Below, one piece after another: positions 37,797 through 46,983 of a stretch of 64,000 nucleotides of DNA. The DNA comes from an uncultured virus (IMG/VR IMGVR_UViG_3300021958_009066) (Duplodnaviria; Heunggongvirae; Uroviricota; Caudoviricetes): the IMG/VR virus record IMGVR_UViG_3300021958_009066; one strand, written 5' to 3'. Below the pieces are notes generated by a model. That model was not told where the DNA came from and searched no databases. It was given only the letters and a program-made list of their open reading frames with translations. Position 1 is the stretch's first letter. The number at the start of each line of letters is the position of its first letter. The position numbers and the translations under genes are program-made.

Positions 37797-39773
37797 TTAA
37801 TATACGATATCCGGGTTATCTGTATCTTGATACTGGTCAACATTTTGAGAGACTTGGTCATTGGATAATGATATATCTACAATATTAGTTGATGCTACAG
37901 AACCTCCTGTTGATGTTGATGCGCTTAGTTCATTTGTCACATCACTAGTTCTGACCACTTTAATTTTAGAACCTAGCAATTCTATATTATCAAAAAACGG
38001 GAATTTGAATACTGGTAGTTTAAAGTTTTGGGTTGTCTGTACAACATCACTAGGGTAAACTGGGTTCCATATTAAAAGTGAAAGTCCTTCGACATATGTG
38101 TTAGCCAAATCTGTTCTGTATGTATAGAATGTTGATATTCCTTGTATATTTAAAATATCGTTACTTATATCTGTTAGGTTAATAGTCATTCCTATTTTGG
38201 CGGTAGTAGAGTCAAAATATTTCTTAATGATTTCTATAACTTTTTGTACCATATCATTACTATTAGCTCTACTATTATCTTCCTGTACAATTAACAAATT
38301 TGTAGTGTTTGGTATGTTTGTTGATAAAACTTCATTAGTGCCTCTCAACCCTGTATTAACTGAAACATAAACTGGGTCCATAATTATAGGGTCACTAGTT
38401 ACTGTTTTAATTTGCGAGATTTTGGATATCATAATCTCTTTCTGAGCAGATGTAAGATAGTTATTTCGTTTTGTAACACTTGTAGTTTTTTCTAATCTAG
38501 GTACACCATATATGTAAATATTATTAAAGTTACAACTAGAACTGAACTGAACTTGATTATACAATATTCTACTCTCTAAGCTAGGGGAGGATAAGCCTAT
38601 ATCGTAATAGTATTTCAAATGTGTGTCAAGATACGTATCGTTTGATACACATTTAACATCGCTTATAAAATTACCGAAATTTGTTCTTATATAATTTTCA
38701 TAATCATTCAAACTTACTAACCTGTATTGCGATGAAAATGTTTGAGGTGCATGAGATCTTATATTCTCAACCGTTTCACCTGTAAAAAACTTAGAGCTAG
38801 GTTCTGTGTTACTCACAAGCACTTGATCACCATTGGCCTGTGTCATATACACAACCCCATCCCCTTTTATATTGTTGCTTAATTTTAATGTAGAAAACTG
38901 AGTAGACTCAAATAACGATAGAGATTTTCTATATGCATCATTCTCACTCACCTCACCAGCCGTACCATCGGTTACTAAGTAATACACCATAACTAAATCA
39001 CCTTGGTTTAGTTGTGTACCGTTTATACCATTACCAAATTTTATTTCATAACGCTTGTTTTCATTTAATCTTATTTCACATCGTCTAGATGTTGGTCTCT
39101 CAAACAGTAATGATGTAGTAACATCATATTTATGATATTGGCCTGTTGTACCACCTTCTTGTACATATACATCTATATTAAAGTGATCTATCGATACATC
39201 ATCACCAGGTACAATTGTTAGGATTTCATTTGGTTCTCCGGTAGAAGTATATACTGGATACTCTCTATACGACCCTTGATATAATAATGTGGTCCCAGAG
39301 ATTTGTGAGAGGTTTTGTTCTTCATCTACAGTCTTTACAAATGTTGTGTCAGTATTGAAACTGTACCGATAACCTGCTATATCAATATATGTATACCTTG
39401 GTATTGTATATGTACCGGCTGATAACAAATCACTAGCGACAGCGTCTATAGAGAGTACCGGTGCTTGTGTACCTACAGGTTTATAATCTAAGCTTTTAAC
39501 TATTCTGTTTATATTTTCATATAACTGTGACTCTGAAAACAGCGCTTCATTACTTGTATTATTTAAATAAAATAATAATACATGGTATGCATAGCTTATT
39601 ACGTCAATAAACGCATTAATGTTACTACCTTCGTAGTTCTGATCAGTAAATGCTTCATTAGAATTGAGTCTCTCAATAATTAAATTTTTTAAACTAGATG
39701 CATCAAACGCGGCATAACCTGCTTTAGGTAAAGTAAACTCTAATTTATCGTTGTTTGGTCTATATATACTCAT
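37797..39773 (-). CDS. gp6: Baseplate wedge subunit (T4 gp6-like)
   Basis: FTDQNYEGSN...IDV.SY, NE.LFSE.Q, YEIKFGNG..G, Y.VT.G..G, E....IR..AP..FSSQ.RLV...DY. Confidence 0.9.
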   Translation of the reverse strand: MSIYRPNNDKLEFTLPKAGYAAFDASSLKNLIIERLNSNEAFTDQNYEGSNINAFIDVISYAYHVLLFYLNNTSNEALFSESQLYENINRIVKSLDYKPVGTQAPVLSIDAVASDLLSAGTYTIPRYTYIDIAGYRYSFNTDTTFVKTVDEEQNLSQISGTTLLYQGSYREYPVYTSTGEPNEILTIVPGDDVSIDHFNIDVYVQEGGTTGQYHKYDVTTSLLFERPTSRRCEIRLNENKRYEIKFGNGINGTQLNQGDLVMVYYLVTDGTAGEVSENDAYRKSLSLFESTQFSTLKLSNNIKGDGVVYMTQANGDQVLVSNTEPSSKFFTGETVENIRSHAPQTFSSQYRLVSLNDYENYIRTNFGNFISDVKCVSNDTYLDTHLKYYYDIGLSSPSLESRILYNQVQFSSSCNFNNIYIYGVPRLEKTTSVTKRNNYLTSAQKEIMISKISQIKTVTSDPIIMDPVYVSVNTGLRGTNEVLSTNIPNTTNLLIVQEDNSRANSNDMVQKVIEIIKKYFDSTTAKIGMTINLTDISNDILNIQGISTFYTYRTDLANTYVEGLSLLIWNPVYPSDVVQTTQNFKLPVFKFPFFDNIELLGSKIKVVRTSDVTNELSASTSTGGSVASTNIVDISLSNDQVSQNVDQYQDTDNPDIVY

Positions 39774-40285
39774 TGAGGGGTGTATCCAAAGTTACCGGAT
39801 ACCTGAACAACTCCCCTTTTGGATGTTGTTCCAGTGTATCTGTATTGTTGATTATTTAATGCTGGTATAGTACAAATTATATCTATTCGGTATGTGTACT
39901 GATCCGGGTAAGCTTTTATATTTACATTTTTAACCTTGACTCGAGGTTCGTATAATGTAAGTGCTTGGAGTATCACTTCTCCTAAAATTTTTGCAGTTTC
40001 TTCTGTTACCGGTTGGAACAAATACCTCTTTAGGTCCGCGCCAAACGATGGATTCAATATTTTTTGACCAGGTGCGGTGTTAAATATATTTGTTATACTA
40101 TTATCAATAGCTTTAAAATCTATATCTGTATCTAAGTCTTTTTTTGTAGTGTTTGATAATAAATTTTTCGCGCTACCTGTAGATTCCATTGAAAAATCTA
40201 GTGCAAGATCTCTAAAAACTGTATCAGGTGATATTAATATACCTTGTCCCTTTTTAGGTTCAAGTGATTTAACTTTTATTGCCAT
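39770..40285 (-). CDS. gp25: Baseplate wedge subunit (gp25/GpW-like)
   Basis: DL.LDF, AI.NSI.NIF.T.PGQK.LNP.FG.DL..YLF, YEPRV. Confidence 0.92.
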   Translation of the reverse strand: MAIKVKSLEPKKGQGILISPDTVFRDLALDFSMESTGSAKNLLSNTTKKDLDTDIDFKAIDNSITNIFNTAPGQKILNPSFGADLKRYLFQPVTEETAKILGEVILQALTLYEPRVKVKNVNIKAYPDQYTYRIDIICTIPALNNQQYRYTGTTSKRGVVQVSGNFGYTPQ

Positions 40286-40289
40286 ATGA

Positions 40290-41303
40290 TTATTTACTCT
40301 TGAGGTACTGTTCTACAAAACCTTTCACTGTGAATGTATGCTTAAGTTTGTTCCAATTTATTTTGTTGTAGGTTTCAATATATTCATGTTCCAATTTTTC
40401 GTAGTCTAAATCGTTCCAGTCTTCTAAAATTATTATTGGAAAATTATACTTGTATTTTAATTCTAAAGCTTGTATAGTTCTAATCATTATTGGTATAGTA
40501 TTTGCTAGTATAGCTTCGTATGTCTTTGTACATTGAGCTCCATTCCCGTTCGGTGAGACAAAATATTTAAACTTGCTCAATTCTTTGTAGTAATCTGTAA
40601 ATTCTGTAAAGCAACCCTCGATTTTGCATGCAGGTGTTTGCATGTACTTGTCTAATTGTTGACGTTCTTTAGTATATCTATAGTCTGGTTGTTTTGTGAA
40701 ATTGGATTTGAGATGTTGTAAACCGAAAGAGGTCCCAACTAATCTGGTCTTGTCTTTCGGTTCAATATTATTAATATAATTGTGTATGTTCACCTTACCA
40801 TTATCGGTATTCAAGTCCATATATTGTCTGTTTAGGCAATTGGGTAGTAGATTGATATACTCACACTCCACATCTTTACCTTCATAATATATTGCTGCGA
40901 AATGATCTTTTAACTTTCTCCACAAAAAAGGTTGTACAGATTGTTGTACATCGAATGTTCTAAAGGTCTTGGATGGTTGAATATCATTAAACCACTTGAG
41001 TCTCATGTCAGAACCACCGGTTAGTAAAACACTTTTCCCTGGGTTTGTTTTTATATTACCTTTTTGAATATGACGATATAACCCTATCAATGTGACCGGT
41101 TCTCCCCAAGCCCAGACATGGTCTTCGCCCGATAATGTCACTAGGTCTGGTAAAGGACCCGGGTCATATTGGTGGACTTTGTGTAGTATTTGAGGTCCTA
41201 TATAATATTTTATATAATTTTTTAGTTCTGATTTGTGTAATATATTGTTACACCCCTTCCGGCCATGGCCGCGGATGTATAACAAGTCCTTAATGTCAAT
41301 CAT
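40290..41303 (-). CDS. Exostosin-like (GT47) glycosyltransferase
   Basis: YY.EL...KY.VSP.GNG..C.K.YEA....TIPI...P...L..W. Start at MIDIKD (41303), 5 nt after ATAAATA, not 41558. Confidence 0.7.
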   Translation of the reverse strand: MIDIKDLLYIRGHGRKGCNNILHKSELKNYIKYYIGPQILHKVHQYDPGPLPDLVTLSGEDHVWAWGEPVTLIGLYRHIQKGNIKTNPGKSVLLTGGSDMRLKWFNDIQPSKTFRTFDVQQSVQPFLWRKLKDHFAAIYYEGKDVECEYINLLPNCLNRQYMDLNTDNGKVNIHNYINNIEPKDKTRLVGTSFGLQHLKSNFTKQPDYRYTKERQQLDKYMQTPACKIEGCFTEFTDYYKELSKFKYFVSPNGNGAQCTKTYEAILANTIPIMIRTIQALELKYKYNFPIIILEDWNDLDYEKLEHEYIETYNKINWNKLKHTFTVKGFVEQYLKSK

Positions 41304-41391
41304 ATTTGTATTTATTATGTTTAAACTCACCGGCAAAGAGTTTTCACTATAAGCTAGTGAATTTACAGTAGTTGGAATAAATAATTCTACT

Positions 41392-41991
41392 ATGAGTAAC
41401 AGATTTAATGAATCCTTCGCTAGAGAAATGGCCAGATTTAAGGTTGTTGATGAGTCAACACAGTTTAGAATACCACATAACCGTGAAAGAACAGGTGGGT
41501 TACACCCCGGAGATAGAATCAAGTTTGTAGAGAATATTTTATCTAGTGAATGGTTCAAAAACCAAACACCTGAGGTGCAATCCTTAGTGAAAGAATTACA
41601 TGAAGGTGATTTAAATTTATTTGTTGATGGTGTTACAGGAGAGATGGATAATACTAGCGCTGTTATTGCGAGAGAATTAGCTCCGGGGTTTCAGTGCCCG
41701 AATTCTAAAATTGAATTACCTGCTAATTTGTGTGAAGTGTTGGATACAACAGGTAATCGAGCCTCGTCACCAGTACCTGACAGTTGGAGAGGGCCTGAAC
41801 GTGTTACAATCAAGCCTGAACCAGTGAAACCATTGAATGAAGAAGAAGTTGCTGATAGTCCGGAAAATCAAACACTCAAAGCTGATGACGGTAGCGGTAA
41901 ATTGAAGGATACCGATCATTCTTTACCAGAGAAAGATACAGCGGGTGCAAAAGGTGGTAATTATACCACCAACTATATGCCAAGGGGTTAA
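41392..41991 (+). CDS. Hypothetical late protein
   Basis: 199 aa with ATAAATA box upstream; acidic. Confidence 0.65.
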   Translation: MSNRFNESFAREMARFKVVDESTQFRIPHNRERTGGLHPGDRIKFVENILSSEWFKNQTPEVQSLVKELHEGDLNLFVDGVTGEMDNTSAVIARELAPGFQCPNSKIELPANLCEVLDTTGNRASSPVPDSWRGPERVTIKPEPVKPLNEEEVADSPENQTLKADDGSGKLKDTDHSLPEKDTAGAKGGNYTTNYMPRG

Positions 41992-42246
41992 ATGAAACCT
42001 GTCACGTTCAGACAATATGTTTCTGAAGTGATGGCAAGAGATCTTCACAAAGGAGACCACGTGAAAAATGTGAACCCGGATTGTGAACATGCTGGTTCAG
42101 AGGGTGATGTTGAAGATATTGAAAAATTACCTAAAGTTGGTGATGGTAAAGGTGGTAAAAACATGCCCGGTAGACTAGTGGTCTACAAAGATGAAAAAAC
42201 TGGTAAGCGATTGAAAAAGACTGCAGATCAGCTAGAAAAAGACTAG
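41992..42246 (+). CDS. Small hypothetical protein, possible capsid-internal protein
   Basis: N-terminus MKPVTFRQYVSE; GDHVKNVNPDCEH.GS.G.V SH3-like core. Confidence 0.6.
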   Translation: MKPVTFRQYVSEVMARDLHKGDHVKNVNPDCEHAGSEGDVEDIEKLPKVGDGKGGKNMPGRLVVYKDEKTGKRLKKTADQLEKD

Positions 42247-42365
42247 TTTAAGTTTTTCAGCACAATGGTGAGTATCATCACCATGATATCTACTATTGCT
42301 TCTCGTTCCAAAAAAAACATAACCAACGCGATAATCCAATACCACTCTCGTTGCATGTGTTGCAT
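42243..42365 (-). CDS. 40-aa hydrophobic peptide
   Basis: Hand translation MQHMQREWYWIIALVMFFLEREAIVDIMVMILTIVLKNLN, starting right after the upstream stop. Confidence 0.45.
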   Translation of the reverse strand: MQHMQREWYWIIALVMFFLEREAIVDIMVMILTIVLKNLN

Positions 42366-42366
42366 G

Positions 42367-42897
42367 TCACCATCCCCAGTAAGGATTGTTAGGATCTTCC
42401 CACCAAAACGTCAATCCACCATCTTTCTCAAAATCGAACGTTTCAACGCAATAATCTGGTTCGAATATACTATCTGCTTGTTTGTACACACATGCATACT
42501 TCATCAGCCCCGGGAACACATATGAACTCATCACTCGTTTGAGTGTGGTAAAGTTTTGGCCTCGAAGTACCCCGGAATCTACAAACAGCAGCTTCCTCGG
42601 ATTGACCCAACCAGCCGCTCGCTTGGCGAAACTGCCGATGTGTCGTTCATATTGCTTGTCTGTGAACTCTTCACCCCCAGGGTACGGCATCTCCAAGAAT
42701 TCCAAGTCCATCGGCACATAGTTGTTCAAATAACTCAAACGATGGCACAATATTTGACATATCACGCTGCTGTATTCTGGGCTGCACACAACGATTATGG
42801 TTTTACCGTCAACCCAACCATCGTTTTTGATCTGTTGGTACAGTTTTTCTATGTCTTGTTGTTCTTTTTGTTGGTTTATAAAAAAATCTTTTAACAT
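42367..42897 (-). CDS. Type I phosphoribosyltransferase-fold protein (xanthine/guanine PRT-like, divergent)
   Basis: LLFVDSGVLRGQNF in place of the PRPP loop, PDY.VE and FWWE C-terminus. Confidence 0.6.
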   Translation of the reverse strand: MLKDFFINQQKEQQDIEKLYQQIKNDGWVDGKTIIVVCSPEYSSVICQILCHRLSYLNNYVPMDLEFLEMPYPGGEEFTDKQYERHIGSFAKRAAGWVNPRKLLFVDSGVLRGQNFTTLKRVMSSYVFPGLMKYACVYKQADSIFEPDYCVETFDFEKDGGLTFWWEDPNNPYWGW

Positions 42898-42898
42898 A

Positions 42899-43234
42899 TC
42901 AGGGCTTGGGATGTCTCAATTCGTCAATCAAATCTTCATGTTTATCCAATCTAGCTTCAACGTATTTGAGTCTCATGTTTTGTTCCGCATCATCTGGTAA
43001 ACTACCAAGTTCTCCACGTGGCCATTTGACTCTGAACTCGCTGTTCATTTCTATTGATTGTTCAACACGTATCAACGTGTTTTCTAGTGTGTTCAATCTG
43101 TTGACAATTGCTGAATAGGTCCAAACTGCAGTCGCGACAATGGCAATCACCTTGAGCGCGAATGCTAGATTAGCTTTGAACTGTGTGTTTTGACTAATCT
43201 CTGCTATTTTCTTTTTATCCTGTTCCTCTATCAT
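42899..43234 (-). CDS. Single-TM coiled-coil protein
   Basis: One TM helix followed by heptads; late box 5 nt upstream. Confidence 0.6.
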   Translation of the reverse strand: MIEEQDKKKIAEISQNTQFKANLAFALKVIAIVATAVWTYSAIVNRLNTLENTLIRVEQSIEMNSEFRVKWPRGELGSLPDDAEQNMRLKYVEARLDKHEDLIDELRHPKP

Positions 43235-43260
43235 ATAAGTATTTATTCTCCGATATTGGG

Positions 43261-43268
43261 TATAAATA
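43261..43268 (+). promoter_or_regulatory. T4-type late promoter TATAAATA
   Basis: Perfect consensus 6 nt before ATG 43275; a divergent ATAAATA lies at 43240-43246. Confidence 0.75.
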
Positions 43269-43274
43269 TACTAT

Positions 43275-43433
43275 ATGAAAACCTTTAAACAGCATGTTTT
43301 CAAAGAAAAAGAAAACGGCACTCTCTCTATCAAAGAGCGTTTAAAATTTTATAAAAACTTTTACGAAAACCTGTCTCCACGTAAATTCAAAGTGAAGATA
43401 CAATCCAATAAAATCGTTATCGACTTACTATAA
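43275..43433 (+). CDS. 52-aa late protein with capsid-targeting-like N-terminus
   Basis: Hand translation MKTFKQHVFKEKENGTLSIKERLKFYKNFYENLSPRKFKVKIQSNKIVIDLL; TATAAATA at 43261-43268. Confidence 0.65.
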   Translation: MKTFKQHVFKEKENGTLSIKERLKFYKNFYENLSPRKFKVKIQSNKIVIDLL

Positions 43434-43451
43434 CTACTCTCATGTAATTAT

Positions 43452-44381
43452 TTATTCTATCGCTTCCAGAGATATGCAACAGCTGTAAAAGTTTATCTCT
43501 TGATCCAACACAAACGCGGATCTATACAGATGCTCCGATATAACCAACAAATATTTTTTGGTTTTCGGGTTGGATGGTAGTGTATCCACGATATAATCGA
43601 ACATCTGCTTGAGCAAGCTAGCATAATCGTTGTTGAACAGTTGTTCATGCTGTATTACAAGCTTTCTCACTTGTAAACTGTCTTGTTTCAACGTTTCAAA
43701 GATTTGTTTGATAAAATCATCGTGCTTTTCATATGATGATATCTTCAACTCACCATTGATACAGCATTTTTGTAGTTCATTGATTGTTTTTCTGAGATCT
43801 GGGTAGAATGTCTTTATCAACTGTGAAATGAGTTGTTTTTGATCGTCGGAAACCTTGATATCTTCTTGTTTGAGTATCTGAACCACCCGGTTCACACAGC
43901 CTTTGATAGGTGGTGTTAGGTCAAATGACTGTGATCTAGACTGTAACGGTTGAATCACCCGATGTTTGTAGTTAGCGGTGAGTATGAACCGTGTGTTACC
44001 GCTGTATTCTTCCATTGTGTTACGCAAAGCTCGTTGCGCATCAATTGTCAGTCCATCAACCTCGTCAAGAATCACCACTTTCAATGAACTACCCAACGAT
44101 CTAGTTTTAGCAAAGTTGGTTACTGCTAATCTGATCGTGTCAATTCCATTTTCATCACTAGCGTTGATATACAAATATTGTGTCTCTTCAAGAATATCTT
44201 TGACTATGACTTTAGCCAGGCTGGTTTTGCCTATACCAGCGTTGCCTATGAACAATATGTTGGGTATCTCTTGCTGTTGTTTGAATTTGTCAAATGCTGA
44301 TCTTGTTGATTCGGTCAAGATCATTTCATTCAGAGTACCAGGACGATACTTCTCCACCCACAAACTATCAAATTTGTTCAT
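43452..44381 (-). CDS. gp44: Clamp loader ATPase subunit (T4 gp44/RFC small subunit-like)
   Basis: LWVEKYRP, GNAGIGKT, INASDENGIDTIR, ILDEVD, AQRALRN.ME, FILTAN, LQSR. Confidence 0.95.
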   Translation of the reverse strand: MNKFDSLWVEKYRPGTLNEMILTESTRSAFDKFKQQQEIPNILFIGNAGIGKTSLAKVIVKDILEETQYLYINASDENGIDTIRLAVTNFAKTRSLGSSLKVVILDEVDGLTIDAQRALRNTMEEYSGNTRFILTANYKHRVIQPLQSRSQSFDLTPPIKGCVNRVVQILKQEDIKVSDDQKQLISQLIKTFYPDLRKTINELQKCCINGELKISSYEKHDDFIKQIFETLKQDSLQVRKLVIQHEQLFNNDYASLLKQMFDYIVDTLPSNPKTKKYLLVISEHLYRSAFVLDQEINFYSCCISLEAIE

Positions 44382-44559
44382 TTTGTTTCCTCCATTTTTT
44401 AACCATGTATATCATAAATTCTCTATCTGATTTACTATTACCAATCAATATAGTATCCTGGTTAGTGAATAACCAACCACCTTTGACTTTTTTAATTGTC
44501 GGTTTTTTATCCCTCAGATTCATAATCCGGGTTTTTGATATAATCAGGGTCTCCTTCAT
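44368..44559 (-). CDS. Small hypothetical protein (true start may be 44523)
   Basis: Fills the gap between dut and the clamp loader with short overlaps. Confidence 0.45.
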   Translation of the reverse strand: MKETLIISKTRIMNLRDKKPTIKKVKGGWLFTNQDTILIGNSKSDREFMIYMVKKWRKQNEQI

Positions 44560-45214
44560 CCATTTTCATTGGATTGCGTATATACTCACCAGAATCTAGT
44601 TTTTCTTTGGTGTATGCATCAGCATAAGACCACCAATCATCGGTAGATTTAACTCTCAACACCTTTTCTTTTATATCTTGCATGTCTGCAGACAGTTTGG
44701 GGCCCTGATCATTAGGATAATTTGAAGTGTCTCTAATTCTTTTGCTTAGCGGTGGCAGGCCTAAATTTTCATCCGATGATCCAAATCCTTTATCTCCTCT
44801 GTCGGTCTCAGTCACCTCTTCTGACCACTCGCATTCTGGTTGTATCAACGGGTACACAACAATTTGTGCAATTTTATCACCAGCTTCCACTTGTAAATCT
44901 TTTGTTTCATGAAAATTGTACAGTTTTACACCTAGATCACCACGATAACCATTATCAATCACACCTAAATGTGGTTGGATGCTGTTTTTGAAACCAAGAC
45001 CACTTCTAGGCTCAATTCTGAACCAATATCCAGGTGTGATGTCTGCTAGTGTCAAGCCTACTTCAACTACTCTACTAGTACCTGGTGGGACCCAAGCGCT
45101 TTCTACTGCGGTCAAATCGTATCCCGTGTCACCGTAATATGGCTTATCGTTGTTTGCCTTGGGTAGCACCGCGGCATCATGGGTTTTTTTAAATTTTAAT
45201 ACTGGGTTATTCAT
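44507..45214 (-). CDS. dut: Trimeric dUTPase with C-terminal extension
   Basis: GYDL, PRSG, GVIDNGYRG, GDKIAQ, RGDKGFGSS motifs 1-5. Confidence 0.95.
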   Translation of the reverse strand: MNNPVLKFKKTHDAAVLPKANNDKPYYGDTGYDLTAVESAWVPPGTSRVVEVGLTLADITPGYWFRIEPRSGLGFKNSIQPHLGVIDNGYRGDLGVKLYNFHETKDLQVEAGDKIAQIVVYPLIQPECEWSEEVTETDRGDKGFGSSDENLGLPPLSKRIRDTSNYPNDQGPKLSADMQDIKEKVLRVKSTDDWWSYADAYTKEKLDSGEYIRNPMKMDEGDPDYIKNPDYESEG

Positions 45215-45356
45215 TTATTAATGTACGTCCTTGTGCATCTGGGTTTGATGATTCTAGCACCTTTACTGCTCCGTTGCTCTGCAACCAAGTTAGTAGTATT
45301 GATAGCTTTTCTATTGGTAATTTGTAATCTACACCGTTTACTGTTATATTGATCAT
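45207..45356 (-). CDS. 49-aa hypothetical protein
   Basis: Hand translation MINITVNGVDYKLPIEKLSILLTWLQSNGAVKVLESSNPDAQGRTLINE; overlaps the dut start and follows a consensus promoter. Confidence 0.65.
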   Translation of the reverse strand: MINITVNGVDYKLPIEKLSILLTWLQSNGAVKVLESSNPDAQGRTLINE

Positions 45357-45361
45357 ACCTC

Positions 45362-45390
45362 ATTATATTATATTTGTTGAGATATTTCAA
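45362..45390 (-). promoter_or_regulatory. sigma70 promoter for the dut/clamp-loader operon, probably leaderless
   Basis: TTGAAA-17 nt-TATAAT, 5 nt, then ATG (45356). Confidence 0.75.
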
Positions 45391-45410
45391 GGCTAGGTGT
45401 AAATAATAGT

Positions 45411-45923
45411 ATGTCAGAAGAGCAAGAAGATGATCCGTTTGATAATGTTCAAGATTTGATTGAACAATTACAGGGTGGATCTGCTCAAACGAGTGAGTTA
45501 GTTGAAGTAGCTGAACAGGTTAGTTTAAACAAAGACCAGTTAGAACAATTTATACTGGACAATCAAGGCACTCTCATTAAAGACAGTGTTGACGTATTGC
45601 AAATTATGAAACAATATGTCGCGGCAGCTCCTAATGCAGAAGATATTGGTAGTTTTGCGGAGCTGTTGAAAGCTACTAGCACAGCTATTGACAATTTGAC
45701 CAAATTACACACTAGTAATCAACGTGTAAATACTCAAGTCAAAATAAAGCAAATGGATATAGACGCTAAAAAAGAGATCAACACTGATAATAATATGATG
45801 AAGCTTGTTGGTACACGGGAAGAAATATTTAAAAAAATGTTAGAAGATAGTGTGATTGTTGAAGCGGAAGTTGTAGATGTAAACAAGGACGATAATCAAA
45901 GTCCTACTGCATCACCGAGTTGA
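45411..45923 (+). CDS. Probable terminase small subunit (T4 gp16-like)
   Basis: Helical core with 'A.LLK......D.L..L' and C-terminal VGT.EE..K.L; TAAATA 5 nt upstream. Confidence 0.55.
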   Translation: MSEEQEDDPFDNVQDLIEQLQGGSAQTSELVEVAEQVSLNKDQLEQFILDNQGTLIKDSVDVLQIMKQYVAAAPNAEDIGSFAELLKATSTAIDNLTKLHTSNQRVNTQVKIKQMDIDAKKEINTDNNMMKLVGTREEIFKKMLEDSVIVEAEVVDVNKDDNQSPTASPS

Positions 45924-46981
45924 GCTAAAAAGCCTTGCTGCTTTTTTTCTAAAGCGATTCTTTTTGCTTCTAACGCTTTATCATCGGCTGACTCTTTCGC
46001 GGTTCTTTTGAGTCTATCAGCTTTATCTTCGCAATCCACACTCAAAACACAGTTATTAGTCATTTCTTTTTTAGTCTTATAGAGCTTATTTTTTAATATA
46101 TCAACATTGATTTGTGTACCTTCAACATCCATTTTTATTTTTTTAAACTTGTATGAGCTTTCTGGTTCTCTAGTTTGTAACCAATCAACCAATCTCCATA
46201 AATCCTGGTACTGTTTTTGTAATGTAGTTACTAACTCTGTCACGATCTTACCCATCCGATTACGGTGTTCGAAATCTGTTATTAAGTTATTACCATGCGA
46301 ATCTGTACTACTATCCTTTACCAATTTGTGACTGTTAGGACCGTTAATTATGTTTTTTAGGTTCATTCTACTGTTAGCGTTGAGTAACTTGCTAAACTTT
46401 AAACTGATTAACTGTGTGTTTGTGCTGAGTTTGTAATGTAATTTACTATTGTATACCATCGGGGGATCATACTGTTTAACTGAGACATCAAAAAATGGTA
46501 ATACTCTATCATCATCGATAAAATCTGTTTCTGTTAAACACCCTATACTTTCACTTATCTCTTTGAAGTAAACCCCGGGCCCAGACATTAATTTTTCGCA
46601 TTCTTGTTGTATAACCGGGTGGAGCATCCTATATTTTTCTATCCAATAGGCTAAAAACTCATCTGTAAGACCAGATCCACTATCGTTATTGAAACCTATA
46701 GCTGAATCAGTTGCAGCAGCTCCAGGTTTTCCTTTAGCATCTTTACCACCTCGTGGGTTGTCTTTTATCTCTAAAGCGTCAGACGCTAAATCACGAAAAA
46801 ACTCAGCTTTATCTGTTACAGGATCGACTGTTATGTCTGTATATCTAAATATACTAGATACTGTCATTTCTTTAGCAAACTTATTTACATGCTCATTATA
46901 ATCTGTAAAGGCCTTTACAAAGTCTGTAGTATTTAATATATTAACATCTGTCAATTCAGGATCTATTGTTTGTTCCGCCAT
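45896..46981 (-). CDS. Hypothetical protein (baseplate operon)
   Basis: 361-aa ORF co-oriented with the hub gene. Confidence 0.6.
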   Translation of the reverse strand: MAEQTIDPELTDVNILNTTDFVKAFTDYNEHVNKFAKEMTVSSIFRYTDITVDPVTDKAEFFRDLASDALEIKDNPRGGKDAKGKPGAAATDSAIGFNNDSGSGLTDEFLAYWIEKYRMLHPVIQQECEKLMSGPGVYFKEISESIGCLTETDFIDDDRVLPFFDVSVKQYDPPMVYNSKLHYKLSTNTQLISLKFSKLLNANSRMNLKNIINGPNSHKLVKDSSTDSHGNNLITDFEHRNRMGKIVTELVTTLQKQYQDLWRLVDWLQTREPESSYKFKKIKMDVEGTQINVDILKNKLYKTKKEMTNNCVLSVDCEDKADRLKRTAKESADDKALEAKRIALEKKQQGFLAQLGDAVGL

Positions 46982-46983
46982 AA

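Noticed and set aside
41304..41558. N-terminal extension of the GT47-like ORF in the track (similarly 24219-24254 and 26126-26185)
   Set aside because: It overlaps neighbouring genes; late boxes or ATGA coupling mark the shorter starts.
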